Of a stretch of 64,000 nucleotides of DNA, positions 28,449-37,678 are shown one piece after another. Source of the DNA: an uncultured virus (IMG/VR IMGVR_UViG_3300032608_000348) (Duplodnaviria > Heunggongvirae > Uroviricota > Caudoviricetes); IMG/VR virus record IMGVR_UViG_3300032608_000348. One strand, 5' to 3'. Position 1 is the stretch's first letter. Every line of letters begins with the position of its first letter. The notes under the pieces are model-generated. The model did no database searches, had not been told where the DNA came from, and saw nothing but the letters and a program-made list of their open reading frames with translations. The position numbers and the translations under genes were made by a program.

Positions 28449-28991
28449 TTGGCACATGAACGGGGGCAGGCCGACTTGGAAGCTGGGCGATCAATGCGTT
28501 CTTGGGGCTGGTTGGCCTACAAGAAGCGTGACGCTACCTACTGCCCACATTGTGGCGGGAAAGTGCTTCCTGGCGGCAAGCCAGGAACTTGGGATTTTCC
28601 CAATGTGGGCATACCAATCTGGCATACCAGAAAGGTTGTTTTCATTGATGTAGAGGTGAAAGCAGCGACCACAGCGCTCCCATTCTCAGAGTTACAAGAG
28701 AACCAGCGCCTCTGGGCTGCTGAGAACCCTGAACGCGGCAAGTGGTTATGGATTGGGCTGGGCAAAAACGCGGTGAATGCTCTAATTGAGCCTCGAAAGA
28801 CCTATCTTTTGCCCTATGAGACATGCTTGTTCCTTGAATCAGCATTATCAGACACACGCAAATCATTGCCCTATGATCTTGTGGATTTGCAAAAATACGA
28901 ATTGGTATGGGAGGGCAACAAGATTTGGGGCTTGCCCCTACGGCACATAGCAAGTGTTTTGTATAAAGAAGGATGGAGGCAGCCGAGATGA
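28449..28991 (+). CDS. PD-(D/E)XK nuclease, Holliday junction resolvase-like
   Basis: WDF...DVEVK...ENQ; Zn ribbon CPHCG. Confidence 0.55.
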   Translation: MAHERGQADLEAGRSMRSWGWLAYKKRDATYCPHCGGKVLPGGKPGTWDFPNVGIPIWHTRKVVFIDVEVKAATTALPFSELQENQRLWAAENPERGKWLWIGLGKNAVNALIEPRKTYLLPYETCLFLESALSDTRKSLPYDLVDLQKYELVWEGNKIWGLPLRHIASVLYKEGWRQPR

Positions 28992-29201
28992 AACTAGTTG
29001 AATTTGTGGACGCTGAGGGGGAAACGCATTTCTTTGACCCGCTTGCCGTGGTTTATGTCAGCCCAAAGAGAGCAAACTATGTAGATGGGGGACCCAGGAT
29101 TCAGCAGATGTTCAGGGTTATCTACATGGGAGGCGCAATAAATATGGGGGGTGACAGAGATGAATTTGTGCGCCTAGTACAGAAAAGGAGAGGAGTGTAA
29201 A

Positions 29202-29360
29202 ATGGCAGGGATTCTCGTAGGATTATTGTTCATTGCTGCTGCTATTGACCCAGAAATCTTCATCCGAGACGTACCAGATTGCGCGGTGGTGGTAGTCGCC
29301 TCGCTGGCGTGGTGTATATTCCTGGATATAATGCACGCTGATAAAGGGAAGAAGGTATAA
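29202..29360 (+). CDS. 52-aa two-TM microprotein
   Basis: Translated by hand: MAGILVGLLFIAAAIDP...; GAGGAG RBS. Confidence 0.6.
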   Translation: MAGILVGLLFIAAAIDPEIFIRDVPDCAVVVVASLAWCIFLDIMHADKGKKV

Positions 29361-29361
29361 A

Positions 29362-29514
29362 ATGGCAGTGGCGATTCTTGTTGGATTATTGATTATTGCA
29401 GGAGCCATCAACCCAGATGTGCTTGAAGAGATAAATCCATCTGCTATAGCCATCTTGGCAGCATACTGCGTAGCCATAGATATATTCAGTCTCAAGTGGA
29501 ATAAATCTGGATGA
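29362..29514 (+). CDS. 50-aa two-TM microprotein; paralog of the preceding gene
   Basis: Translated by hand: MAVAILVGLLIIAGAINP... Confidence 0.6.
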   Translation: MAVAILVGLLIIAGAINPDVLEEINPSAIAILAAYCVAIDIFSLKWNKSG

Positions 29515-29687
29515 AACTAATCACCATACGTCTCCCAGAAGACCTGCTGGACATTCTTGACCGCGCTGCTGAACATTGCTACGGCGGCGACCGCTCAAAG
29601 ATGATGCGGGAAGCCTTGTGGGACTGGGTAGAAAGACAAGGAGATAAAAATGAGCCAACTGGAAAAAGCAACAGCCAAGCTGGATAA
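29511..29687 (+). CDS. Ribbon-helix-helix (CopG-like) protein, 58 aa
   Basis: Translated by hand: MKLITIRLPEDLLDILD...DRSKMMREAL; ATGA overlap. Confidence 0.75.
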   Translation: MKLITIRLPEDLLDILDRAAEHCYGGDRSKMMREALWDWVERQGDKNEPTGKSNSQAG

Positions 29688-30651
29688 GAAGTTTGGGGAT
29701 GGGACCGTGCGCCTATTCGTGGAGGTGGAGTATCCCGAAGTTGAAACTATCTCAACGGGCTCACTGAAACTTGACAGGGCCATCGGGGGACAGAAGAAAA
29801 TCCTGGGTATCCCTAGAGGGCGTGTATCTATTCTGTGGGGACCAAAAGGCGCTGGCAAGAGCACGGTCAGTTATCATATCATCAATAACGCCCAGAGATT
29901 AGGACTCAAAGCCGCCTTGGTAGACTGGGAATTCAGCTTTGATCCAGCGTATGCCCAAGCCTGCGGAGTAGATATTGAAACCCTGCTATTTGTGCGCACT
30001 TATGAAGAAGAAACCGGCGCAATGTTCAGCGCAGAAGATGGGTGGGAGATTATTGAAACGCTCGTAAACACAGGGGAAGTGGGGTTGGTTGTAGTTGACA
30101 GCATTGATGCCATGGTCCCCCGCGCTGAGTTGGACGGTGAGTATGGGGAATCCCATCCCGGACTAAAAGCACGCATCAATGGACAAGCCATGCGCAAGTT
30201 GTTGGGAGCACTACGCATCCACGAGACAGCCTTGGTAGCAATTACCCAACACCACTACAAAGTAATGCAGAGGTTTGGTGACCCTAGAACAATGAGTGGA
30301 GGTGAAAGCCTCAAGCACGCTGCGTCTCTCCGGGTTGATATGACACCAACAAAACAGGAAAAGGATAGGGGAGAGGCAATTGCACGGCTCAGCCGTTGTT
30401 ATGTGAAATGGAACAAGATTGCCCCCCCCAGCGGCGTAGCAGAAATCACAATCCGCTACGGTGAGGGCATAAGCCTGGAAACTGAACTATTGGATATGGC
30501 TTGTGAGTTGGGCGTCATCAATAAGCGCGGCGCATATTACTACTTTACAGAGGATGAATATATCCAAGGAAAAGCCAATGCCGTTCAGCATCTCAAAGAC
30601 AATCCCGACTTGTCAATGGGACTCAGAGAGCAAATTACAGCAACCATGTAG
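29650..30651 (+). CDS. recA: RecA recombinase
   Basis: STGSL.LD.AIG, GIPRGR, GPKGAGKST, VVDSI, GGESLK..AS.R, NKIAPP. Confidence 0.95.
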   Translation: MSQLEKATAKLDKKFGDGTVRLFVEVEYPEVETISTGSLKLDRAIGGQKKILGIPRGRVSILWGPKGAGKSTVSYHIINNAQRLGLKAALVDWEFSFDPAYAQACGVDIETLLFVRTYEEETGAMFSAEDGWEIIETLVNTGEVGLVVVDSIDAMVPRAELDGEYGESHPGLKARINGQAMRKLLGALRIHETALVAITQHHYKVMQRFGDPRTMSGGESLKHAASLRVDMTPTKQEKDRGEAIARLSRCYVKWNKIAPPSGVAEITIRYGEGISLETELLDMACELGVINKRGAYYYFTEDEYIQGKANAVQHLKDNPDLSMGLREQITATM

Positions 30652-30834
30652 TGGTTGTGGCGACGTGATGTTTGAGCACTCCACTACCGTTTTTGCTGAT
30701 GGGAACTTGGGAGAAGGCGCAACCGCGACATTGCGTACAGTGGGGGTTGGCATGGATACCGTTGAATACAACGTTGTGCTGCATTGGCTGGCGTGGAACC
30801 ATTTTAGCTTTGAGATTGTGGAGGAGGTAGAGCA

Positions 30835-31521
30835 ATGAGGTTTTGTGACCATTGCGGTAACCCTGTATACCAAGATTTGCCACATGCCTGCCCTAATGGA
30901 GTTAGAATTTGCCTAACTGGCTGGCCCAAGCCGCCACTCCCACCACGGCAGAGAAAGGATGAAGAAATGATGGAGACAGGAGTGAAACTTTGTGACCATT
31001 GCCAGGAAGCTATATATCCGAACCTAATGCATATATGCCCTGACATGCACGGCTTATTGATTGAGACAGATGGCTCAGTCTCAATAACATTTGAGGGGGT
31101 GCTAGAATGTAGACCAGCAATCCCCAACCCCGCCCGCGCTCATGAAAAAAGTGGCGCTTTCGACTGGCGCAATCACTATGGAGGCGAATCATCAGATGAC
31201 AGACGCCTCAAGGTTGGGAGGAATGTGGAAATGAGTGACATAGGAACCACCACAACTACCACTTGGCCGTGCGCTACTGCCTGGGTAGGATTACGAGAAC
31301 CGCTGTCTCTTTTTGTCATTTCCATAGAAGATGGCACGGAGCTTCTGGTAAGCGCACACAGGTTTGATGAGGCTTGGCGCATTGCATCAGCCAGAATAGC
31401 AAAACAGGCAATGCACCAGACGGGAGCACGAGCAGTTGAGATGCCAATACTGCCTGAAAACATTACGTGGATTCCGCTGCCAACCCAACCCCAACTGTTG
31501 CACGTGTTTGAGAAAGAATAG
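30835..31521 (+). CDS. Hypothetical protein with two CDHC..H.CP repeats
   Basis: Internal duplicated zinc-finger-like motif. Confidence 0.55.
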   Translation: MRFCDHCGNPVYQDLPHACPNGVRICLTGWPKPPLPPRQRKDEEMMETGVKLCDHCQEAIYPNLMHICPDMHGLLIETDGSVSITFEGVLECRPAIPNPARAHEKSGAFDWRNHYGGESSDDRRLKVGRNVEMSDIGTTTTTTWPCATAWVGLREPLSLFVISIEDGTELLVSAHRFDEAWRIASARIAKQAMHQTGARAVEMPILPENITWIPLPTQPQLLHVFEKE

Positions 31522-31839
31522 AACAAGCGTTCAGTCCAGCGATGGATAGACTGTAAGAATGGAGACCATAAATATGAAGCCTATGTCATATTGGACAATG
31601 CCAATTGATGCGCCAAGGAATGGCGTCTATATAGGCAATGCCCTGGGACTGGCAGAGTTGCTAGAGCGGCTGGCAGAGTGGGCCGTGATAGCTACTCTTT
31701 ACTACCTGGGCGATGCTGATTCTTATGCATCAGAACATCCAGGCCATGAAGATGACGCTGACATTACGTTCAAACTCGCCGCTGGCATCCGTGCGGCGCT
31801 GGCAGCAAAGATAGCAGAATAGATTGAGGAGGAAAAGAA

Positions 31840-34356
31840 ATGCTGAGAAATCCTGGATTTGAAGAGGATTGGGGAAGTGAGAAAAGTCACGATTGTCTAC
31901 TGTGTGCTCCTGGAGCAACACCAACACGAGTAGAACGGGGGAATATTTTCGTGCCCCCTGGATGGGTGGTCTGGTTCAATCACTATGACGATCTTGCCCA
32001 GCCAGAGGTAAAGGACGCTTGGCGCGAACATGACCCCCGACGAGTTCACAGTGGCGGAAAAGCGGTGTGCTTGTTCACCTTTGGGCGCAAGCACGATGCT
32101 GGGTTCCTGCAACAAGTGAGCGTGCCAGTAGGAAGCACTGTTCTGTTCAATGCTTGGGCGCAGGCATGGTCCAATCACAAGGACAAGGCTAGGCCCAATG
32201 ATTTTCCACATCCTGATGACCCTCGGTGGTCCGAAGGCGCAGGCTACGATCGCCTGATGCTACTGGACAATGAAATACCAGAGCTGAATGGGAATCCACA
32301 GAACGATGCCCTTGGAAACATCCGTTTCCGCGTAGGCATTGATCCAGCAGGGGGGACAGACCCCAATGCCAGTTCTGTTGTGTGGAGCGTAGGGGGATTC
32401 GCCTACAACTGCTATGCCCCAGTGCCAACCGTAGAGGCGGTGGCACAATCAGGCACCGTGACGGTGTTCTTGCGATCAACGACCCTGTGGGCCTTCAAGC
32501 ACAATGACACCTACTGGGACGACGCAGAACTAACGGTAGTATCTGGTGATGAGCCAGAACCGCCGCCAGAGCCAGAGCCAACAGAAGAGGGGCGGGGGCA
32601 ACCACGAACACAATATAAGCGAACCTATGTCTTGCTTTCCCCTTCGGCAAGTTCGGCACTTGCTCAAGCCGCAATCACGGACGGCGGGTGGGACGCGGTG
32701 CGCTTCACTATCGGGGGCAGTGCGGACGACGCTGGCGTAGGAGACCTTGATGACCGTCACGTGGTAGCCATCAACCCCAGTGAATGGGGGGTTGGTGAGG
32801 ATGGAGGATTGCTAGAGTTCTTTGAGAAGTATTATCCTGGCGTAGCCTACATTCCCCTAGATGCCACAGCCGCAAATGTAGGGCGCAAGCTCAAGGAGGT
32901 GTGGGGCCTCCCTTTTGGGCCTAACTGGGAGCAATACCTACTGTGGCAATGTAATCCTCTCTGGGGAAGCAAGCACTTTGGGGCTACTAGCTGTACCCTC
33001 ACTACCTGCCAAGCAGGCTGCTACTTGGATTCCTTGGCTATGGTGCAACGCATCTACAAAATAGATGAAAACGCCACGCCACTAACCGCCAACGCGGCGT
33101 TGGGACCAGAAGGATACACAGGCTGCTATCTTCTTTGGAGTGCATCCAAGTCCAAGTTGGGCATCAGCATCCGTTCTGGGAACACCGCTGAAGCCGAGGC
33201 ACACATGGCCAATGGTGGGGTATGCCTGCTGCGGGTTATGCCCAAAGACCCCATGCACTTTGTCCTTGCTGTTGAGATACTTGAGAACGGTGATTATGGC
33301 ATCTTGGACCCCTATCTCAACTACTATGGCCCACTGAGCGACCACTACCCCGGCGTCCGCAGTTGGCGCATCTTGAAGCCTGTTGATGCTCCTGAACCTC
33401 CCCCACCTCCACCCGTTGACCTGCCCCACATCTACGCCACCCACGAAGACTGCGACCACGAGGCCGCTTGTCTCATGAGAAACAATGGCGTCAAGGGCTA
33501 CATCGTGTGGACAGAAGGAATAGGATTCAACCCCAGTGACTACAGCGGGCGTGACTACCAGGTAGACACCAATAACTTTGGACACACCCCCATTGCGCGA
33601 CTCAACAATGGATACGGCAGCAGTGGAACTATCCCGCTGAAGGAATACTATGACAAGTTTGCCCAACGCTGCGCCAACTTCGTGGCAGCGTCACGGGGCT
33701 GCAATATCTGGATAATTGGCAATGAGCAGAACAATGAGCGCGAACAGCCAATGGGGCAAGTTGTCATGCCGGAAATGTACGCCCAGTGCTTTAACAAGTG
33801 CCGTGCTGCTATCAAAGCTGTACAGCCAGATGCCGTTGTGCTGCCAGGGGCCATTGACGGGTATAACGCCCAACTAATGGATAGTCGGGAATACATGCGC
33901 AGGATGTGGGTAGCGATTGACGGCGCTGACGGGGTGTGCGTCCATGCCTATACCCATGGGCCTGATCCCGCGCTCGTTGCATCAAATGTAGAGTTTAGCC
34001 ATGCGCCCCTCTTGGGAGTGTGGTACAACTTCAAGAACTTCATCAATATGCTAGAGCAGTTGCCAGCTTGGGCGCAGGGGCTTCCAGTCTACATCACAGA
34101 AACAAACACATGGGCGCAGACCGATGCCCCCAACCCGCCAGAGGATAAGCTGGGCTGGCTGGACGTAAACAACGGCTGGATTCAAACTGCGTATGGATTT
34201 GTGAACGGCTGGAACTCGGCGGGGGGGAAACAACAAATACGCTGCTTAACGGTATACCGCTGGCCCCCCATTGACCGCTGGGTTATTCACGGCAAAGGCA
34301 ATGTCATCGCTGACTTTGTAGCGGCGATGCAGCGCAAGTACAAACCGTATTTGTAG
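31840..34356 (+). CDS. Multi-domain putative cell-envelope hydrolase (carbohydrate-binding-like + C39-like peptidase + clan-A glycoside hydrolase-like)
   Basis: L.NPGFE...WDD; Q..P.W...AGC...HFVL...DP; IIGNE.N, HAY, PVYITET; Pro-rich linkers. Confidence 0.65.
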   Translation: MLRNPGFEEDWGSEKSHDCLLCAPGATPTRVERGNIFVPPGWVVWFNHYDDLAQPEVKDAWREHDPRRVHSGGKAVCLFTFGRKHDAGFLQQVSVPVGSTVLFNAWAQAWSNHKDKARPNDFPHPDDPRWSEGAGYDRLMLLDNEIPELNGNPQNDALGNIRFRVGIDPAGGTDPNASSVVWSVGGFAYNCYAPVPTVEAVAQSGTVTVFLRSTTLWAFKHNDTYWDDAELTVVSGDEPEPPPEPEPTEEGRGQPRTQYKRTYVLLSPSASSALAQAAITDGGWDAVRFTIGGSADDAGVGDLDDRHVVAINPSEWGVGEDGGLLEFFEKYYPGVAYIPLDATAANVGRKLKEVWGLPFGPNWEQYLLWQCNPLWGSKHFGATSCTLTTCQAGCYLDSLAMVQRIYKIDENATPLTANAALGPEGYTGCYLLWSASKSKLGISIRSGNTAEAEAHMANGGVCLLRVMPKDPMHFVLAVEILENGDYGILDPYLNYYGPLSDHYPGVRSWRILKPVDAPEPPPPPPVDLPHIYATHEDCDHEAACLMRNNGVKGYIVWTEGIGFNPSDYSGRDYQVDTNNFGHTPIARLNNGYGSSGTIPLKEYYDKFAQRCANFVAASRGCNIWIIGNEQNNEREQPMGQVVMPEMYAQCFNKCRAAIKAVQPDAVVLPGAIDGYNAQLMDSREYMRRMWVAIDGADGVCVHAYTHGPDPALVASNVEFSHAPLLGVWYNFKNFINMLEQLPAWAQGLPVYITETNTWAQTDAPNPPEDKLGWLDVNNGWIQTAYGFVNGWNSAGGKQQIRCLTVYRWPPIDRWVIHGKGNVIADFVAAMQRKYKPYL

Positions 34357-34373
34357 TATCATACTACAAAGTG

Positions 34374-34401
34374 AAAGCCCCCATCACGGTGGGGGCTTTT
34401 T
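34374..34401. terminator. Bidirectional intrinsic terminator
   Basis: AAAGCCCCCA-TCACGG-TGGGGGCTTTTT between convergent units. Confidence 0.85.
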
Positions 34402-34404
34402 GCA

Positions 34405-34478
34405 TGACCACGGCTGGAGTTGAACCAGCGAAACCTCACCCTTATCAGAGGTGCGCTCTACCGCTGAGCTACGTGGCC
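34405..34478 (-). tRNA. tRNA-Ile(GAT)
   Basis: Cloverleaf; anticodon loop CTGATAA. Confidence 0.9.
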
Positions 34479-34495
34479 TGGCCTTGCTCTACTCA

Positions 34496-34569
34496 CTGCC
34501 TGGGCAGGACTTGAACCTGCGAATCCGTTCGCTTAACAGGCGACCGCTCTACCACTGAGCTACCAGGCA
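34496..34569 (-). tRNA. tRNA-Asn(GTT)
   Basis: Cloverleaf; loop CTGTTAA. Confidence 0.9.
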
Positions 34570-35136
34570 TTATTCAATATGGACATAAGATTTCTTTATG
34601 GCACAGTTATAAACTAATACATGCGATTTCCCGAATTCTTTTGCAATGTTCCTAGTTGACTCTCCGAGATTATGGCGTCGCCTAATCTCAATCACTTCAT
34701 CTTCAGTGAATTCCCGATACCCATGCTTTTCAGAAAAGCATGACCGATTGCAATAGAACTTCTCTTGTCCTCTCTTGGTTCTTGCTCTATAGTCCCAAGG
34801 AAGCAACTTTATGTCTGCCCCACAATAATCACATTGGACAGTAATACGGTCAACAAGATTGCCACGTGAATAGGCCCTATTGCAAGCAGGATGGGAAAAA
34901 GCGATGTTCCCTAGATCAAAGAACTTTGTCTCTGCATCTGGTAGCCCCTCCCACCAATCAATGTGATCAATGCTAAATTCATCTATTGACTCAATTTTGT
35001 TTCCACATCTGTAGCAAGTATCTTCCCCAAGTTGTTTAGCCATGTCAAACAGCAACATGTTAACCAGTCTATTTCTTGCCGCTCCATGACTCATGCCAAG
35101 CTGTTGCTGAATTCGTGCCCGTCTAGCCTCTGACAT
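34570..35136 (-). CDS. HNH homing endonuclease
   Basis: CYRCG...SIDH...NIAFSH..CN; C-terminal HTH; own promoter at 35170-35197. Confidence 0.8.
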   Translation of the reverse strand: MSEARRARIQQQLGMSHGAARNRLVNMLLFDMAKQLGEDTCYRCGNKIESIDEFSIDHIDWWEGLPDAETKFFDLGNIAFSHPACNRAYSRGNLVDRITVQCDYCGADIKLLPWDYRARTKRGQEKFYCNRSCFSEKHGYREFTEDEVIEIRRRHNLGESTRNIAKEFGKSHVLVYNCAIKKSYVHIE

Positions 35137-35204
35137 TTCAACCCCCTGTTAATGAGATAAGATGATATAATTATAACACATTAACAGGATTTGTCAACTA
35201 CAGG

Positions 35205-35276
35205 CAGGCCCGGCGAGAGTCGAACTCGCAGAACAGGTTTTGGAGACCTGTGGTTTCCCTATTAGCCTACTGGCCT
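35205..35276 (-). tRNA. tRNA-Trp(CCA)
   Basis: Cloverleaf; loop CTCCAAA. Confidence 0.9.
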
Positions 35277-35811
35277 ACAATCCTATGTAAATTTTCCACG
35301 CCTCTGGCACATCCCCACTTGCTACCAGATAGTTAGTGCGCGGACGCTTTGGCTCCCACAACAGTTTCATCCCTGCCTCGTGGGCTGTGCGGTCGGCTTT
35401 CCGATGATTGCACCAGTAGCAAGCGCATGCCGTGTTGCCCCAAGTGCTACCACCACCCCGGCTGCGGGGGATTAGGTGGTCAACTGTAAAATCAGCACGA
35501 GTTAGTGTCTTGCCCTTGCGTGTGTCACCTGTGCCGATGCCGCAGTAGATGCAAGTGCAACTATCCCGTAGGATGACGTTGCGCCGACTCCACATCATCG
35601 TCCGGTGAGGGACATTGACGTAGTAACGCAACCGCAGCACGGATGGAACCTCAAAGATTCTGCTTGGCGTGCGTAGGCGTGCAGCTACACCGTCCACAGC
35701 ATCCACGACCCCGCGCATCATTAGGTCCACGGCGGCGCGGACTGTGAGGATGTCCAGTGTGATGTAATTAGCGTTAAGTAGCAACACAGCACGAGTATCA
35801 ACGTTGACCAT
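35275..35811 (-). CDS. HNH endonuclease (McrA-like)
   Basis: VLLLNA.Y, RD..TC.YCG, TVDHLIPRSRGG..TW.N....C..CN..K. Confidence 0.9.
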   Translation of the reverse strand: MVNVDTRAVLLLNANYITLDILTVRAAVDLMMRGVVDAVDGVAARLRTPSRIFEVPSVLRLRYYVNVPHRTMMWSRRNVILRDSCTCIYCGIGTGDTRKGKTLTRADFTVDHLIPRSRGGGSTWGNTACACYWCNHRKADRTAHEAGMKLLWEPKRPRTNYLVASGDVPEAWKIYIGL

Positions 35812-35823
35812 TTTTCCTCCCAG

Positions 35824-35897
35824 AATCCCCGACAGGACTTGAACCTGCATTCTCCATCTACGGCCCTCTGATTAGAAGTCAGAACCGCTACGGGGGC
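35824..35897 (-). tRNA. tRNA-like RNA with TCT anticodon and no canonical D-arm
   Basis: Acceptor stem, 7-nt connector, TCTGA-CTTCTAA-TCAGA, 18-nt extra region, intact T-arm. Confidence 0.65.
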
Positions 35898-35902
35898 CTG
35901 TA

Positions 35903-35974
35903 AGCTCCTGGTCGGATTTGAACCGACGCCTGCGGGCTACGAAGCCGCTACGCTGCCAACTACGCCACAGGAGC
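35903..35974 (-). tRNA. tRNA-Thr(CGT)
   Basis: Cloverleaf; loop TTCGTAG; C31-C39 mismatch. Confidence 0.75.
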
Positions 35975-35978
35975 AAGG

Positions 35979-36051
35979 TCAGGGCGGCGAGACTTGAACT
36001 CGCTACCTCACGGACCCAAACCGTGTGTGCAACCATGTACACCTCGCCCTG
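35979..36051 (-). tRNA. tRNA-Pro(TGG)
   Basis: Cloverleaf; C1-G72; loop TTTGGGT. Confidence 0.9.
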
Positions 36052-36055
36052 ATAA

Positions 36056-36129
36056 AGCTCCTGATCGGGATCGAACCGAATGACCTCGCACTTACCAAGC
36101 GCGCGCTCTGCCAACTGAGCTACAGGAGC
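36056..36129 (-). tRNA. tRNA-Thr(GGT)
   Basis: Cloverleaf; loop TTGGTAA. Confidence 0.9.
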
Positions 36130-36133
36130 AAAG

Positions 36134-36207
36134 TGGACGATGCAGGACTTGAACCTGCAACTCCCTCGGTGTAAACGAGGCACTCTATCCAATTGAGTTA
36201 ATCGTCC
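36134..36207 (-). tRNA. tRNA-Val(TAC)
   Basis: Cloverleaf; loop TTTACAC. Confidence 0.9.
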
Positions 36208-36210
36208 GCA

Positions 36211-36282
36211 AGCACCCTCCAGGACTTGAACCTGGCTAACTGGGTTACAAGGCCAGCGCATCGCCATCAATGCTTAGGGTGC
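36211..36282 (-). tRNA. tRNA-Thr(TGT)
   Basis: Cloverleaf; loop CTTGTAA. Confidence 0.85.
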
Positions 36283-36288
36283 ATAAAA

Positions 36289-36759
36289 TCAATCCCACCA
36301 ATGCTCAATATATCTGCCAAGCAAACGGAACAGTTCACAGTGATCTTGCCGTCTTTGTGCATCTGCCTTATTATATAAACAATAGCGAGCTTGTTTTTCC
36401 TGTTCCCTGTCTTCTCCGCACAGACTAGGAACTGCAATCTCTTTTAACTCAACAGATGCCCCATGCTGCTTCCCAAGTATGATCTCGGCCTCTCCCCATA
36501 CAGCCTCATGATACCGCAAGGCATTGGAAAGATAATCGGCTTGGATAATGCGCGTTGTCAGTATTCGACAGTAGCTTATTCTGTCAGCGATTTGCTCTGT
36601 ATCAATTCTGTGCGTGCCACCATCACAGAAAAATCCTTCCATCGCATGCAACTTGTGCTCAATAATCTTCAGGAAAAACCAGTGATCCCACTGACGATCT
36701 TGCCAGATTATCGGCAACCAATACCATAAGTTTCTAAGGCCAATCAAAATTGATTTCAT
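36289..36759 (-). CDS. Hypothetical phage protein
   Basis: GGAGGA RBS; W.PIIW.DR.WD...WWD. Confidence 0.7.
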   Translation of the reverse strand: MKSILIGLRNLWYWLPIIWQDRQWDHWFFLKIIEHKLHAMEGFFCDGGTHRIDTEQIADRISYCRILTTRIIQADYLSNALRYHEAVWGEAEIILGKQHGASVELKEIAVPSLCGEDREQEKQARYCLYNKADAQRRQDHCELFRLLGRYIEHWWD

Positions 36760-36802
36760 TGTATCCTCCGCGTGCCTGTCCATTCAGCCACAGGGTCAAA
36801 GG

Positions 36803-36886
36803 CGGAAGCGGCGGGAATCGAACCCGCAGACCTTTTACGGCCTCCCGCTTAGCAGGCGGGTGCGGCTACCATTTCGCCACGCTTCC
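36803..36886 (-). tRNA. tRNA-Ser(GCT)
   Basis: Long variable arm; loop CTGCTAA. Confidence 0.9.
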
Positions 36887-36890
36887 ACAG

Positions 36891-36963
36891 TGGGAGCGGT
36901 GAGACTCGAACTCACAAACCTCTACTTATGAGATAGACACTTTTACCATTAAGCTACGCCCCC
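36891..36963 (-). tRNA. tRNA with CAT anticodon (Met or Ile2)
   Basis: Cloverleaf; loop CTCATAA. Confidence 0.85.
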
Positions 36964-36968
36964 AATAA

Positions 36969-37041
36969 AGCGGGCGGCGGGCGACGATCCCGCGACTTGA
37001 GCTTGGAAGGCTCTCGTTTTACCAACTTAAACTACGCCCGC
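36969..37041 (-). tRNA. tRNA-Gly(TCC)
   Basis: GCGGGCG acceptor; loop CTTCCAA; T-loop ATCGTCG. Confidence 0.9.
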
Positions 37042-37045
37042 GCAG

Positions 37046-37124
37046 TAGGAGCGGCGGGGATCGAACCCGCAGCAATATGTCTGGTTTGAAAGACCAGCGA
37101 CTTTCCCTATTCGTCTACGCTCCC
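37046..37124 (-). tRNA. tRNA-Glu(TTC)
   Basis: Loop CTTTCAA; 10-nt variable region. Confidence 0.8.
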
Positions 37125-37128
37125 TCAG

Positions 37129-37202
37129 TGAGGCGGGTGGGCCACGATCCCACAACCTCTCGGTTAAAAGCCGAGTGCTTCTGCCAATTGAGCTACCGCC
37201 CC
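37129..37202 (-). tRNA. tRNA-Lys(TTT)
   Basis: Loop CTTTTAA; T-loop ATCGTGG. Confidence 0.9.
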
Positions 37203-37205
37203 TCA

Positions 37206-37282
37206 AGCCCTCGGCGGGACTCGAACCCGCATGTGTCCAATTATCCTTTCATCTGCTTAGAAGGCAGAGGGAATACAAGGGC
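37206..37282 (-). tRNA. tRNA-like RNA with TCT anticodon and no canonical D-arm
   Basis: GCCCTTG/CGAGGGC acceptor, 7-nt connector, TCTGC-CTTCTAA-GCAGA, 21-nt extra region, intact T-arm. Confidence 0.7.
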
Positions 37283-37286
37283 ATAG

Positions 37287-37359
37287 TGTGCTTGGTCAGA
37301 GTTGAACTGACTGTCTCTCACGCTTCAGGCGAGCGCTCTACCAGTTGAGCTACAAGCAC
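37287..37359 (-). tRNA. tRNA-Phe(GAA)
   Basis: Cloverleaf; loop CTGAAGC. Confidence 0.85.
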
Positions 37360-37363
37360 ATAG

Positions 37364-37437
37364 TGGGCCTGGCGGGCCACGATCCCGCAACCTCCGCTTT
37401 AAGAGAACGGTGCTTCTGCCAATTGAGCTACAGACCC
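37364..37437 (-). tRNA. tRNA-Lys(CTT)
   Basis: Cloverleaf; loop CTCTTAA. Confidence 0.9.
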
Positions 37438-37440
37438 AAG

Positions 37441-37515
37441 TGCCGCTGCCCAGAGTCGAACTGGGAACATCTTGTTTTTGAAACAAGCGCGTCGTGCCAA
37501 TTGCGCTACAGCGGC
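37441..37515 (-). tRNA. tRNA-Leu(CAA), short variable arm
   Basis: Loop TTCAAAA; variable region ATGTT. Confidence 0.85.
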
Positions 37516-37526
37516 ATATCAATCAA

Positions 37527-37598
37527 TGCCCCAGATCGGACTTGAACCGATACATCCGTGATCTTAAATCACGCCCTCTACCATTGAGGCACTGGGGC
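37527..37598 (-). tRNA. tRNA-Leu(TAA), short variable arm
   Basis: Loop TTTAAGA; variable region GATGT. Confidence 0.85.
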
Positions 37599-37606
37599 TT
37601 CAAAAA

Positions 37607-37678
37607 TGGCGCTGCTGGGACTCGAACCCAGACTAACACATTCTAAGTGTGCCCCTCTGCCAATTGCGGTACAGCGCC
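37607..37678 (-). tRNA. tRNA-Leu(TAG), short variable arm
   Basis: Loop CTTAGAA; variable region TAGT. Confidence 0.85.
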
